The translations under genes were made by a program, and so were the position numbers. DNA of 58,300 nt from Chiloscyllium plagiosum. Taxonomy: Eukaryota. This document shows positions 26,676 through 39,794 of the stretch, piece after piece. Each line of letters begins with the position of its first letter. The first letter of the stretch is position 1. A model generated the notes under the pieces. That model saw only the letters and a list, made by a program, of their open reading frames with translations. It searched no databases and was not told the origin of the DNA. The stretch lies in NCBI RefSeq assembly GCF_004010195.1, contig NC_057749.1, positions 8,125,901 through 8,184,200 of the forward strand, given 5' to 3'.

Positions 26676-27154
26676 AAGAATAAGCTGAGAAGCAGTTCTT
26701 TTACTCATGTTAATTATCAAGTTGCCAATAATTGAACTTCCAGTTTCAAATTAGGCATTATCCATCAACAAACCAACATCTCTGAAAACCTTGGGGTAAA
26801 GGGTTAACTTTATTCTGATAATAACTACTGAGCATGAGCAGAAGCTGTTGTGATATCAGATTACATAGACCTGGGATTGGATATAATAGGGTTTCAGAGA
26901 AGTTCCTTCTTGCCATCTCGTGCATCAAGGTATGATCAATAAAGACTGTTACTGTTCACTGACAACAGTATGAGCCATCTTTCTATCAACAACCAAGATC
27001 TGGTCGCACTGTGAAAAGACCTTGTTGCATGCCCACATGTTTCAAATGCAACAAATAATGGAAGAAACTACTGAGGAGGCACAGGCAGACAGCTCTGGGT
27101 GTTGGGATTTGTGGAGGAGAATAGCAGCAAGGCTGAGATACTGCTAAGAGACAT

Positions 27155-28705
27155 CTGATTGATCAGTGATCTTCCCTCCATTATAAGGTCAAAAGTGGGA
27201 TGTTTGCCAATGACTGCACAATGTTCCACACTATTCACGACTCTGATACTGAAGCAGTCCTCTGTCAAGTGCAACATGACCTTGGCAATATCCAGGCTTG
27301 GGCTGACAGCTGGGAGGACAGGCAAATGTCAAGTAATAGCCATCTCCAATAAGAGGCAATCTAACCCCTGCCCCTTGACATTCAATGGTGTAACCATCAC
27401 TGAATCTCCCACTATCAATATCCTTGGGGTTACCATTGACCAGAAATAATCCGGTCTTACCACATAAATACAATGGTTACAAGAGCAGGTCAAAGGCTAG
27501 GAATACTGTAGTGATTACTCACCTCCTGACTCCCAAAGTCTGTCCACCATGTACAAAACACAAGTCTGGAGGATGATGGAAAATTCCTCAAATGCCTGGA
27601 TGGGTGCAGCCCCAACAACATTCAAGAAACTCGATACTATCCAGAACAAAACAGCTCGCTTGATTGCCATCACATCCACAAGCAGGCACTCCATCTACCG
27701 CTGACACTTAGTCACAGTGGCGTGTACTATCTACAAGATGCACCACAGAAATTCATCAAAGATCCTTAGATAGGACTTTTCAAACCCACAACCATTTCCA
27801 TCCAGAAGAACAGGGCAACAGAGACATGGGAACACTGTTATGGACCAGACCAAACTACGCGAAATATACGAAAAAGATAGCCTTGACTCTAACATTTTCT
27901 TATTTTAAAGGCAAGTGCCAAGCATTGTGTTCTGAATCCAATTCAATTGGGTCAAACTCCAGTCTTGAAGTAATTCTTTAGTTAAAATACAACAAAAGAA
28001 AGAATTGGAGTAGCTTAACTATATTGGAAAACTGAACAGAATAACAGATTATTTCACTACTAAACAATAACGATTCCAGTCTAGTACGATCCCATAAACA
28101 CACCCTTGGCAAAGGCAAATTCAGTAAAACAGATTGTCTCACAGGCAATTCTCACAGCAGGAAGAGACTCCCAGCTTTTAGCTGGAACTGAGAGAGGAGA
28201 AACACCTTCTAAACCCAGCTTCAAGACCCCAGCATCAACACTTACTGAAAAACTAAAAGTAAAGAACTTGGTTGTGTGAGATCTTGACCCACCCATTCAG
28301 GCTGCTTTTATTGTTCGGACTTTAGAAAGAAAAAACAAGACCTCGCAAGCTGTTTAGTTTATTAGCTTTGGTGCAGACAGCTCAATGCCCTGTTCCAATC
28401 TTTCTGCATTAAAAAATGACCAAATACACTATTAAATTCATCGTACCATCACAACACCACCACCTGCACATTCTTCTCCAAGCCACATACCATTCTCACA
28501 TGGAAATATATCACTGTTCCTTCACTGTCACTGATTCAAAATCCTGTAATTCCCTCCCTAAGGTCATTGTGCATCAACATACAGGCATGTTGACTGCAGT
28601 GGTTCAGAATGGCAGCTCATCTCCATCTTCTTGAGGGCAATTGGGCAATGGGCAATATATGCTGACCCAGCCAGTGATGCCCATATCCCATTAATGAATT
28701 TTAAA
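27155..28705 (+). mobile_element. CR1/L2-like LINE 3' fragment interrupted by a solo LTR
   Basis: Degenerate RT region (tttgccaatgactgcaca; NILGVTIDQK; tacaaaacacaagtctggagg); host sequence acatgggaacac/caccacctgca rejoins across the LTR. Confidence 0.8.
27836..28453. mobile_element. Solo LTR, TG...CA, 4-bp TSD ACAC
   Basis: Starts TGTTA, ends TCACA; ACAC at 27832-27835 and 28454-28457; homologous to 51864-52491. Confidence 0.85.
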
Positions 28706-29164
28706 GAAGCAAAATCTTCGGATAGGCAGGGAGTCACCAAAGATGTCCCTGAATACCAAACCCATGAAAATTGCGCACCATCCCATGTGCCTTTGTCATC
28801 AACGTGGAAGGCATGATCTTGCTACTGCTACTGGGAATAAGCATTTTGAGCAGGTGTAACAATAGGTACTGGTTCCCAGGATTTGCTCTCAATGAGCAAA
28901 CAGAAATGAGCCAGATTCCTGTTAATTGCTAGCATTTTTCTGTCAGCCTGGTGTTTTGTTTTGCATTATCCAACTGGAATGCAATTGAATATTTTCAATA
29001 AATGGTTTGCACATTCTGGATTCGCCATCAAGAAGGCATCACTGCCTTTGAGTACAGAGTGCCTTTGCAACTCACAATCTGTACAGGTCTATTACAGGAG
29101 ACCTGAAACTGGGCTTTATTCAGAATATCATTGAAGCCAGGAAATCTTGCAAAGGGGGAGGTGA

Positions 29165-29485
29165 TAACTTACTAGTATTACTAGCTGGGTCCCTGGATTA
29201 ACAGCCCAATGTTCTGAGACCCCATGTATGAATCCCGATGATGGAATTTGAATTCAATAAATTAAGAGTCTAATGATGATCATGAATCTATTATCGATTG
29301 TCAGAAAACCCCTTCTGGCTCACTAATGTCCTTTAGGAAGGAAACTGCCAACCTTACCCAGTCTGGCCTACATGTGACTCCAGACCCACAGCAACGTGGC
29401 TGACTCTTAACTGCCCTCTGGTTAATTAGGGATAGGCACTGAATGTTGGCCTACCCAGAGATGCCCTTATCCCGTGAATGAAAAT
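29165..29485 (+). mobile_element. SINE sharing its 3' tail with the second LINE family
   Basis: Ends aattagggataggcactgaatgttggcctacccag...atccc like the LINE end at ~28635-28700; copies at ~33320-33750 (-), ~34660-34945 (+), ~31275-31570 (-), ~50615-50970. Confidence 0.7.
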
Positions 29486-30054
29486 CTGTGTCCATGAAAT
29501 GTGCGGAATCCAGAGTTAAGTAGATTGCAGAGTTTCAGTTTTAGAATGGAAAGTTTAGGATCTCTTTGGCAATGATAGAACTCAATTATGGGTTGCGCTT
29601 CGGCGGGTCGGTGTGGACTTGTTGGGCTGAAGAGCCTGTTTCCACACTGTAAGTAATCTAAAGTAATCTAAAGTAAATTAGGGAACTTGAGGTCAACTGA
29701 AACTCTATTACCTATGTTTTAACTCGCTATAAGTTCTATTCCTCCATTACTCCTGAGCTTTATGACCTACACTGGCTTTTGTTCAAGTGAGCTCCTCATT
29801 TTAAAACTCTCATCCTTCTTTTTAAATCCCCTATGGACCCGTTCCATCCTATTCTTGTAATTTCCTCAAAGCACACAATCCTCTGAGCTTTCTGCGTTCA
29901 TAGAGACTAAGCCTTCTTGTTTTCTCTCTCATCCTGTCATGTTACATTCACACAGTGTCTGCTGAAATATATGGAGCTATTCACACCTTGTCCAGACAAT
30001 TTTGTTTCTTCATAATGTCCTTCATGTTATTTATTCTTTCATAGAGTCACAAAA

Positions 30055-31086
30055 TCATAGAATCCCTGCAGTGTGGAAGCAGGCCATTTGACCTATCGAG
30101 TCCACACCAACCCTCTGAAGGCGATCCAAACCAGATCCACCATCCCATCTATCCCTGTAACCTTGCATTTCCCATGGCTAATCCACATAGTTGCACATCC
30201 CTGGACTCTGTGGGGAATTTAGAATGGCCAATCCACTCTAACCTGCACATCCCTGAGCACTATGGGTAACTTAGTGTGGCCAATCCACTCTTACCTGCAC
30301 ATCCCTGAGCACTATGGGTAATTTAGTGTGGCCAATCCACTCTAACCTGCACATCCATGAGCACTATGGGTAATTTAACATGGCCAATCCACCCTAACCT
30401 ACACATCCCTGAGCACTATAGGTAATTTAACATGTCAAATCCACCCTAACCTGCACATCCCTGAGCACTATGGGTAATTTAGTGTGGCCAATCCACTCTA
30501 ACCTACACATCCCTGAGCACTATGGGTAATTTAACCTGGCCAATCCACCCTAACCTGCACATTCTTGGACTGCGGGAGGAAACCGGAGCAGGTTCAATTC
30601 TTCGGGTGACTGTCTGTATGGAGTTTGCACATGCTCCCCTTGTCTGTGTGGGTTTCCTTCAGGTGTTCCAGCTTCTGTCATCCAAGGAATTGAACCTGCT
30701 CTGATTTCCTCCCACAGTCCAAGGATGTGCAGGTTAGGGTGGATTGGCCACGCTAAATTACCCATAATGCTCAGAAATGGGCACATTAGGGTGGATTGGC
30801 CATGCTAAATTACCTATAGTGCTCAGGGATATGCAGGTTAGGGTGGATTGGCCATGTTAATTACCCATAGTACTCAGGGTTCTGCAGGTTAGGGTGGATT
30901 GGCTGTACTAAATTACCCATTGTGCTCAGGGATATGCAGGTTAGGGTGGATTGGCCATGCTAAATTGCCCATAGTATCCAAGGATGTGCAGATTAGGATG
31001 GATTGGTCATGCTAAATTGCCCATGGTGTTCAAGGATAAGCAGGTTAGGGTGGATTGACTATACTAAATTACCCATAGTGTCCAGG
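30055..31086. repeat. HE1-derived 52-bp minisatellite in two inverted arrays (palindrome)
   Basis: Units start at 30231, 30283, 30335, 30387, 30439, 30491 and 30543; ~7 reverse-complement units at ~30724-31086. Confidence 0.9.
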
Positions 31087-31689
31087 AACATGCTGTCCAC
31101 ACTATCCAAGCATTCCATTTTTGTTCTTTCTGCTCCCTCCTCCCCTTTCACTGACTCTAAAAACATCTCACATTTTTATCTTTCTTCACTTTCAATGAAA
31201 GATCATCTCAACCTGAATCATGAATTCTCTTTCTGTTGAAAGGCTATCAAAAGGCCGTTGGAGTTAGTGACATTTTACCTTTGTTGTGGTTTTCTTGCTG
31301 TCAGTCTGGAGCCACATGTAGGCCAGACCAGGTAAGGATTATCTATTGACTTCTTCACCTCCTGATGCTGTGTTTTTCCAGCCTGCTGCTTGTCTACTCA
31401 AGACCAGGTAAGGATGGCAGCTTTTCTTCCCTGGATGATATGGTAAACAAATGAATATTCACAACAATCAGCAATAGTTGTAAGGTTGCCAATAGGCTAT
31501 CCACATATTATTAAATTCAAATTTCACCCATCTACCATGGTAGATTTCAAATACTTTCTCCTAGAATCAGAATTATTGCACTACTTTAATTCCCACATCT
31601 GTCTCAGATGTTAAATGGGCAAATTCCTCCTGATAGTTTGCTTTGCAAACAATCAATTGCAATGCTTTGCTCCATTCTAGCCAGTGTGT

Positions 31690-32000
31690 CCTAAAACCAT
31701 GTCTTTGGGGACTTCTACCATCGAGAAAAGGTGCAGGAGAAAACCTTTTGGTCCTTTGAGCCTGCTCCACCATTTAAGATCATTATGGCTGATCATCCAA
31801 GGACTTTCCACTTTCTCCCCATACTCTTTGATTCCTTTAGCCCTAAAAACTACATCTATCTCTTCCTTGAAAAATGTTTTGGCCTCAACTGCTTTCTGTG
31901 GCTGAGATTTCCACAGGGTCACCACTCTTTGAGTGAAGCAAGTTCTCATCTCAGTCCCAAATGGCCTACTTATATCCGTAGACTTTGAACCGTGGTTCTA
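31690..32000 (-). mobile_element. CR1 3' end
   Basis: FTQRVVTLWKSQPQKAVEAKT in ORF 31677-31949. Confidence 0.8.
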
Positions 32001-32294
32001 AATTATTAGCCTGGGTCTCTGCACTGCTGGTCTCGTGATATTATCAATAGGCCACCAGCTCCCAGATTCTATGTATTAATTCAGGTCAGGGAAATGTGGC
32101 ACATGTCTGATGGTGCCATAACACCTGTTCTCTGAGTGAAGGGGCTTAACAAGTGAAATTCTGCACTTCCCTGTGTCCTTAAACCATTTGTCTTGTCATT
32201 CCCTTTCAGATTTTTGGTTGAACATTTTGAACATTTCCTCCAGTTTCAGATGGCCAGCTTTTCAGTGCCTTTCCCTTGTCTGCATGCTCTAGTC

Positions 32295-32605
32295 ATGATC
32301 ACTGAGTCATGCAGCACAGAAACTGACCCTTTGATCCAACCGGTTCGTGACGAATATAATCCCAAACTGAATTAGACCCACTTGCCTACTCCTGGCCCAT
32401 ATCCCGCCAAACCGTTCCTATTCATGTACTTATCCAAATGTCTTTGAAACATTGTAATTGTGCCCAAATCCACCACTTCCTCAGGACATTCACTCCACCC
32501 GTGAACTACCCTCTGTCTAAAAAATTTGCCGCTCATGTCTTTTTTAAATGTCTCTCCTCTCACCGTAAAGGTGTGCTCCCTAGTCTTGAAATCCCCCACC
32601 CTAGG
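32295..32605 (-). mobile_element. CR1 3' end
   Basis: ORF 32372-32599 KTREHTFTVRGETFKKD...FRQRVVH.W. Confidence 0.85.
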
Positions 32606-34259
32606 CAGACCAGCTAAAATATGTAGCTGCCTTTAAAAATTACAATCACAAGAAGCTGTAATTAATGAATTCTTGTAATCCAACAAGAAAAACATTGCTT
32701 CCTTTTGTTTTGTGCTGCTGCAGCCTTTATATTACCAGCCTACCTCTCGAATAAGGGAAACATTTATTTTTAAATAGAATTTGAAGGTGTAGATTAATCG
32801 GTTGCTGAAGAGCTCCTGCTTTCAGAGATAAACAGACTCCTAATGATTGAGATCCCAGAATCCCTTGTCCCTGGATCGATACCTAGCCAGATCTTCTCCT
32901 CTGCCTTAATTGTAAAGATTTCCTTTAAAAAAGACCCAAGAAATATGTCCAAAACACAGCAATACATTGTAATCTGGCACAGTGCATTTTGCAATGTGTT
33001 TTATTGCCTGTTTTCAGTTCTTTACTGCCTTTCAATTACAAGTAAATGGCAGTGCCCTGCACCAGGATCAATAGGGATCATTAAAAAGATGGCTGCGTCG
33101 AATGTAAGAAGAAACATGGTCTAACAACACAGACAAGCCTGCTGACATGAATCTTGTCTCCACTGTCAGTCATACCAATGAGGGAATGGGTTTAGAATGA
33201 AGCAGATTGCTTCTATAAATAATTTCCCTATCGCCACCAATCCGTCCATCCAAACCTGCCAAATCAATATAAGGAAATGGAACCACGGCCGTTTCATCCT
33301 CCAGCCCAACCTCTTTTATTCCTTTACTCATTCACAGAATGAGAGCATCGCTGGCTGGGCCAGCATTTGTTGTCCGTCCCTAACTGCCCAGAGGGCAGTT
33401 TAAGAATCACTTACATTGCTGTGGGTCTGGAGTCACATTTAGATCAGAATGGGTGAGGATGACATTTCCCTCCCAGGTGGAAACTGAAAGAACTGCAAAT
33501 ACTGTAAATCAGAAATGCTGGAAAAGCTCAGCAGGTCTGGCAGCATTTGTGGAGAGAAACCAGAATTAACATTTCAGGTCAAGTGAACCAGGTGGGTTTT
33601 TCCCAATAATCAATTCATGCTCAACATTAGACTCTTAATTCCAAATTTTTCATTGAATTCAAGTTCCACCATCCATTACAGCAGGATTCAAAGCCAGATC
33701 CCAGAGTCTTTGGATTAACAATCCAGCAGAAATGCCATTAGGTCATTGCCTCCATTGTTTCCCTTTCTGTCAGATTCTCCCCATCTGCTGCTAGAGCTAC
33801 ACTCCACGGCATCAGCCATAACTCATGGGCAGTCCTCAGTCGGTTGATTCTGGGCTCGGAGAGTTGAGCACAGGAGCTAGATTGATAATGCCAGTGTCAT
33901 ACTGAGGAAGAGCTGCACTCTCTATCTGTGCTATTGCTACAAAGCGTTAAATCAAGACTCCATACAGCCTCTGAGGTGGGAGCACAAGATTCTGTGATAT
34001 TATTTAGGGGAACTTATATTGGCAACATGTAACCTTCAATTTGCATCACTGAAAGCAAGGCATTTTGATTTGTCTCATGTTATTTTGTGGGAGTTTGCTG
34101 TGCCTCAATTCATTGCCATATTTCTACAAGACAGCAGTGGCTAACATTAATGAGAGGTTTCTTTTGGCTCTACAGTGTTTTGAGATGATCTGAGGTAGCA
34201 AATGTTGCTATGTAAGCCCATTTAGGATAGACAATGGTCTATTATAATCTATTATGAAA

Positions 34260-34655
34260 GAACAAGAACAAAAAGAATTTAAAGCCCAGGAATAGGCCCT
34301 TCAGCCCTCCAAGCCTGAGCCAATCCAAATCTAGTGTCTAAACCTGTCACTCAATTCCTAAGCATCCCTAACCCTCTGCTCCCCACCTACTCATGCATCT
34401 ATCCAGTCGCACCTTAAATGAATCTATCATGCCAGCCTCTACTACCTCTGCACCTACTACCTACATTCCAAGCACCTACTACCCTCTGTGTAAAGTACTT
34501 GCCGCGCGTATCCCCCTTAAACATTTTACCTCTCACCTTGAAAGCATGCCCTCTCGTTATTGAATTCTTCACCCTGGGAAAAAGCTTCTCTCTATTTACC
34601 CATCATGATTTTGTAGACCTCAATCAGGTCCCCCCTCAATCTCCTTTTTTCTAAT
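34260..34655 (-). mobile_element. CR1 3' end with (TTCTTG) tail
   Basis: Reverse complement encodes the CR1 terminus; aacaagaacaa tail on the + strand. Confidence 0.75.
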
Positions 34656-36439
34656 GCGAGACTATTCATCCAGTGACCCAGGTAATGTTCTGCTGACCTG
34701 GGTTTGCATCCAGCACAGCAAATTTGAATTCAATAAAAATGTGGAATTAAGGGTTTAATGGTGACCATGAATCCATTGTCAATTGTCTGAAAAAAACATC
34801 TGATTCATTAAAGTCCTTACGAGAAGGAAACTGTCATCATTACCTGGTCTAGCCTCCATATGACGCCGGACTCAGCAATATGGCTGATTCTCAAACTGCC
34901 CACAGGGCAATTAGAGATAGTGTTGCCCTCATCCTGTGAATAAAAAAGTACAAATTTCTTTCAGGCTAGCTGCCCCACGTTTTGCAACCTGGTTGTGAAA
35001 CAGAAACATTTTGTCGGACTGTGCACGGTCCCATTGATGAGCCCTATTCTCTCCCTTCAATCTACGCTTTGATGGGATCAACGCACAGCGGTCAGGAACA
35101 ATCATGCCCATTCTTTTTTCCTGAGAAGGCTCATGAACCAGTCATCCAGTTTATTCTAGCTAACTGGACGTTGGGATCAATGTGAAGTGGATGCTATCAA
35201 ACTGACCACTCGCTTAAAAGCGTAACGAATGTTCTTTTCCACTGATTTCACAAGCGAACAACATTCACCCTGTTTTAGAGCAACGGTTAAAATCAAGTCC
35301 CATTGAGCCATTAATGGTGTGTCGTCATCTTCACTGTGCACTGAAATGTCTATAATGTGTCAATTCCAACTCCCCGTCTCTCAGTTTCCTAGCTGAGAAG
35401 CAATCAGCACAATAGTTTTGCATTTTAGAGTGTATTAATCCTTCTCTTAAAGTAAGGTCATGGTTGACTTCAGATTAATTCTGTGTTGTTCAACCAGAGC
35501 CCCCGTGTGATAACTGCTCTCTTTTCCAGCTCACAGTGTTGTGTGATGCACTACAAGTTCTGTCAGTTGCATCCTGCTAAAGAGTAATTAACTGGAATTG
35601 ATGAGTGCCCACTTTGACAGCATCTCTGTAGAGATGTCCCAGAGTATCTGAAGCCGTGTTGTTCATTGAAGGGTTAATAAGTTGCTTGCTTTGGTATTTG
35701 TGAGGTAGTGTTCAGATCTGACGTGTGAAAAAAGAGCTTGCTGTTTCATAGTAAGAAGGAGGCAATATGATTGTAAAATTAAAGCTCAAAAAGATATGAT
35801 GAAAACAGAGATAACTTTGGTTTTAATAAATCACAGATCGAAGAAGGTGAGGAGTTCACAGCTTTGGTCTTGTATGGAAGAATAAGATATGGATGGTAGA
35901 CAGTTCTATGAGACTGAGATAAATTCGTAATTTAAAGGGGTTGTGTTCAAAGCGACTGTAGCTCAAAAACTCAGTAGTATACTGTAGCCTTGCAGCATGC
36001 GCTGCCATGGGAGTGATCTTGAGGACTTCGAGGTACTGGGTTCACACTTGGATTTGCATTGGGCTGAAGCTTGCTTATTGTCAGCTAAATGACAAAGAGA
36101 TCGAGATTATTTTTGGAGGGTTTTCACCATAAGCAAGATTTCTCGCCCTATCTTACTAAACTGGTCTCATTAACTACCCACTCCACGTTGCGTATTTTGT
36201 GTGATTCCGTTCCCCAATTTGCTCCAGCCCATTCCCAAAACAACTCACCACTCAGCGGACGGCCTCCGAAAGACCAGAGTCCTTAGCCCGCGCCATCCTT
36301 AGACGGATGATATGCCCCGGTTAACATTGGTAATCCAGCGTCATCCCTCATGAGTAGCGTAAGGGTATAGCAGTCATTGAAGAAGAGAAATGATAGACTC
36401 AGAACATGAACTGTGGGAGGCACAGTGGGTGGTGAGGTT

Positions 36440-36697
36440 CCCGGAGTGAGTGGGAGCATGGGTGAGCGAGTGGGTGCATGAGTTAGTGAGTGAGTACATG
36501 AGTGAGTGAGTGAATGCCTGAGTGAGTGAGTGCCAGAGTGAGTGAGAGCATGGGTGAGCGAGTGAGTGCATGAGTGAGTGAGTGAGTACATGAGTGAGTG
36601 AGTGAGTGCCTGAGTGAGTGAGTGCATAAGTGTGAGTGAACGTATGAGTGAGTGAGCACATGAGAGAGTGAGTGAGTGCATGAGTGAATGTGTGAGT
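36440..36697. repeat. Degenerate (TGAG)n microsatellite
   Basis: Tandem gagt interrupted by cat/gcc. Confidence 0.95.
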
Positions 36698-36864
36698 GCG
36701 CGGTTAGGCCACACAGAGGACATGCAGTGTCTGTTATTTGGGTGGTGAGGGTGAATGAGGAAGATGGCGCGTTCATTACCGAGAGTGGTAGAGCATGATG
36801 GGAGCTGGATGCAGTAACAGGGATAGAGTGAGTGTGAGATAGCGGAGAAAAGGTGATGGCACTT

Positions 36865-37020
36865 GTGTTGACACAGTGGAGAAGGACATTCACCTTCTTC
36901 CTACAGTGCTGGGCATGCCCCCCAGACCGCTGAGATTGCGTTGACTTTGGCAAGTTGCTCCAGGAACTCTGGCTCATGTTAAGATGGGGTGGAAATCCGA
37001 CATCTTTTTCTCCACTAGGG
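36865..37020 (-). pseudogene. Decayed Myb/SANT-like DNA-binding fragment, probably Harbinger-associated
   Basis: With one frameshift in a G6 run the minus strand reads QLAKVNAISAVWG/HAQHCRKKVNVLL, like the VNA.S...R...QCRKK.NDL end of Myb/SANT-like domains. Confidence 0.45.
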
Positions 37021-37393
37021 CTCAAATGGCAATGAATGACGTGAGTTTGATAAGACATGACGAGAAATCGAGCATTGAGAATCATTCCACCAGTGCTTCT
37101 GAACTGTCTCCCTCCCTATCCAGGCAATGTAGGGGGATTGCAGGTCGTTGTGAGTATTAAATTGTATTTCTTTCCCCCTCTGTCTTCCTCTTTCTCCCAA
37201 TCCCAGTTGCAGGCTGCAGGTTCTGGAGGTCTCTGGCGGATATGGGACTGTGACCAATCTCAATGCTGGTTTGGGTGTATGGAAAACGGTTTAGTGTTAG
37301 ATGATAAATGGCAGATCAACCTCCCAGAATGCCCCGCAGCGTAGAATCTGCTCTATCTCCATCAACAGGGAAATACACTACCCTCCTAGATTG

Positions 37394-37535
37394 GCGTGGA
37401 CGTGCCGGTGTTGGACTGGGGTGGACAAAGTTAAAAATCACACAACTACCTACCTGACGAAGGAGCAGCACTCTGAAAGCTTGTACTTCCAAATAAAGCT
37501 GTTTGGCTATAACCTGGTGTGTGTTTTTTCATTTC
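37394..37535. mobile_element. PLE-derived element, family C, inverted arms
   Basis: Left: tail on minus (gtgccggtgttggactgggg...); right: HHR + partial tail on plus. Confidence 0.8.
37451..37485 (+). ncRNA. Minimal type I hammerhead ribozyme motif (family C variant)
   Basis: UAC-CUGACGA-A-GGAG-CAGCA-CUCU-GAAA-GC-UU-GUA; stem I UAC/GUA versus CAC/GUG in sister copies. Confidence 0.7.
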
Positions 37536-39615
37536 AAAGATTGGGATTAATTTTCTTGGAACAGAAGAGAAGGAGGGGGAGGGTTGTAGGTGGCAAGCGG
37601 GAAGGGAGAGATCATTGACCGGGGACGTAGAGTTAGAAAGATGCAGGAGGTTTAGAGGTGATGGACAGATTTTTTTTTCACTGAGATGTTGGTGTGAATC
37701 TGGAACTGACTTCCTACAAAGAGGTAGAGGCAGAAACCCTTATAATATTTAACAGGTATTTAAATATGCACTTGCAGTGCTAAGGCATACAAGACTAAGT
37801 GTTGGATATGGGATTAGAATAGTTTGGTGGTCATTTTTTTGACTGACACAGATGGGCCGAAGGGACTTTTTCTGTGTTTCAGACCACTAAACCTGACATG
37901 ATGCGCACTTCCCCCAAAAAAGTCACTAAAAGGAAAGGAAAAGGTGATAATCAGGAGTGGGGACTAAGAGGAGGAGGGCAATGGATTGAGGAAGGAATGC
38001 GGGGAGAGTGCCCTTGTGAACAACCATGTAGAATCCACACACCAAAGCCATGCCACAGGATGAGAAGGATGTATGTTTAGCACAGCACGCTAGAGCAAAA
38101 GGGGAAGGAACTTAGAGTTGAGGGACAAAAATGACAACTTGTGTGTGCAATATCTTTTGGTTCAATACTAAAAGTTGCTTCTTCCCTATGTCTTTTATTC
38201 CCTGTAAATGTTCTGTTGTCAGTTAAATTCAATCAGTCAGGAAATAAACCACAGAGGACTGCAACTATGAGAGAACAATGCCCTGTGCTACTTTTTATTA
38301 AGGACAAAATGTACCCTTTGAGTCTACTGAGCAAAAACATGTTTTATGAGCTGGCTAAAGTTCATAATCTAGCATGTTTATCAGAATGACCTGATGGAGG
38401 ACTTTATAATTATGAAGGGATTTATTAGGGCAGACGGAGAGGAGATCTTTCCAGATGACTTTGAGGGAACATAAAAGTAAGATTGTCTTTAATAAATCTA
38501 ATAGGAAATTCATGAGAAATATCTTTTAGCAAGAGAATGGTTAGAATGTGAAGCTAACTACTGCATGTATTTCAGGGAAATTCACCAGTTATTTGAAAGT
38601 GTGATGTAGAGTGTTTTATTTATCTAGATTTTGATATGATTTGTTTTAGAGTTTGGATTTGATCTAGTGACATATGTGTTAGGTCTGTGTGTCTGAAGGG
38701 GTTTAATGATTAAGTTGAAGGCATTTCTGTAGCCATGGAGATTTCACTTCAAAAAAATAAAAAATTATTAAAAATTGAAATTAAAATATTTGAAAAGTCT
38801 AAGAGAGAGAGAGCGCACTTGGAGAGTATATTTTATGACTGTACAAAATAAACAGAAACAAAACAGAAAGTGAGGAAAAAGGCAAAGCGTGGGTGATAGA
38901 ATTGTAAAAAAATTTGAGCTTCCTCGCGATAAGGAAATGAAAGAACTTCAGTTGGCTATAAAACAGTTTAGAGCAAAAACGGTAGGTACTAGTTTTAGAG
39001 AAAGAGAGAAAGGCACTCAAGATATAAAAAAGAAAGGTTGGACCTAAAAACTGATATCAAGAAGCTAACAGGTTTCCCTTATAATAAGATTTGACATAAC
39101 AAAGCCAAATGCTAGAAGTTAAATGAAAGATCAATTGCAGTTGTAGGAACATTTCAGGAATCTTCAGAAAAGGAGGCATCAGGGAAAGAAGCAGCTACTA
39201 AAATTAAATCACTTAGAATATCGACAAAGGGAATCCGATCATTCTTCTGAGCTTTCATTCTGAGTATTTTATCCCTAAAGAGAAGTTATTTCCTTTTGCT
39301 ATAAATCAAGGAAGATAAAAAAAAAGATATTGCAAGACATTGGAACACTTCAGGCACAGATGCTGGCTGATGATGCAATGTATCTTCTCAAAGGGTTTAA
39401 TGAAAGAGAAACTACAAATTGAAGGGACACATAGACGTGCAAAGTCATAAGGCCATAAGATATAGGAACAGAATTAGGCATTTGGTCCATCAAGTCTTCT
39501 CCACAATACAATTAGGACAGATATGTTTCTCAACCCCACTTTCTTGCCTTCTAACCATAACGTTTGACCCCATTACTAATCAATAACCTAATTATCTCTG
39601 TCTTAAATAGACTCA

Positions 39616-39794
39616 TGATTTGGAGATGCCGGTGTTGGACTGGGGTGTACAAAGTTAAACATCACACAACACCAGGTTATAGTCCAACAGGTTTAATTGG
39701 AAGCACACTAGCTTTCGGAGCGACGCTCCTTCATCAGGTGATAGTGGAGGACTCGATGTGATTTTTGGTGGTGTGGTGTTGTGTGATTTTTAAC
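39616..39794 (-). mobile_element. PLE-derived element, family C, 13-bp TSD
   Basis: ttaaatagactca (39603-39615) / ttaagtagactca (39795-39807); short inverted arm at ~39774-39796. Confidence 0.85.
39706..39740 (-). ncRNA. Minimal type I hammerhead ribozyme motif (family C), intact
   Basis: CAC-CUGAUGA-A-GGAGC-GUC-GCUCC-GAAA-GC-UA-GUG. Confidence 0.8.

Noticed and set aside
30181..31086. CRISPR-like array
   Set aside because: Contiguous 52-bp units without unique spacers, derived from the HE1 SINE; no cas genes; eukaryotic context
36283..37085. Long His/Ser/Leu/Thr-rich ORFs as host genes
   Set aside because: Open frames arise from the (CTCA)n microsatellite
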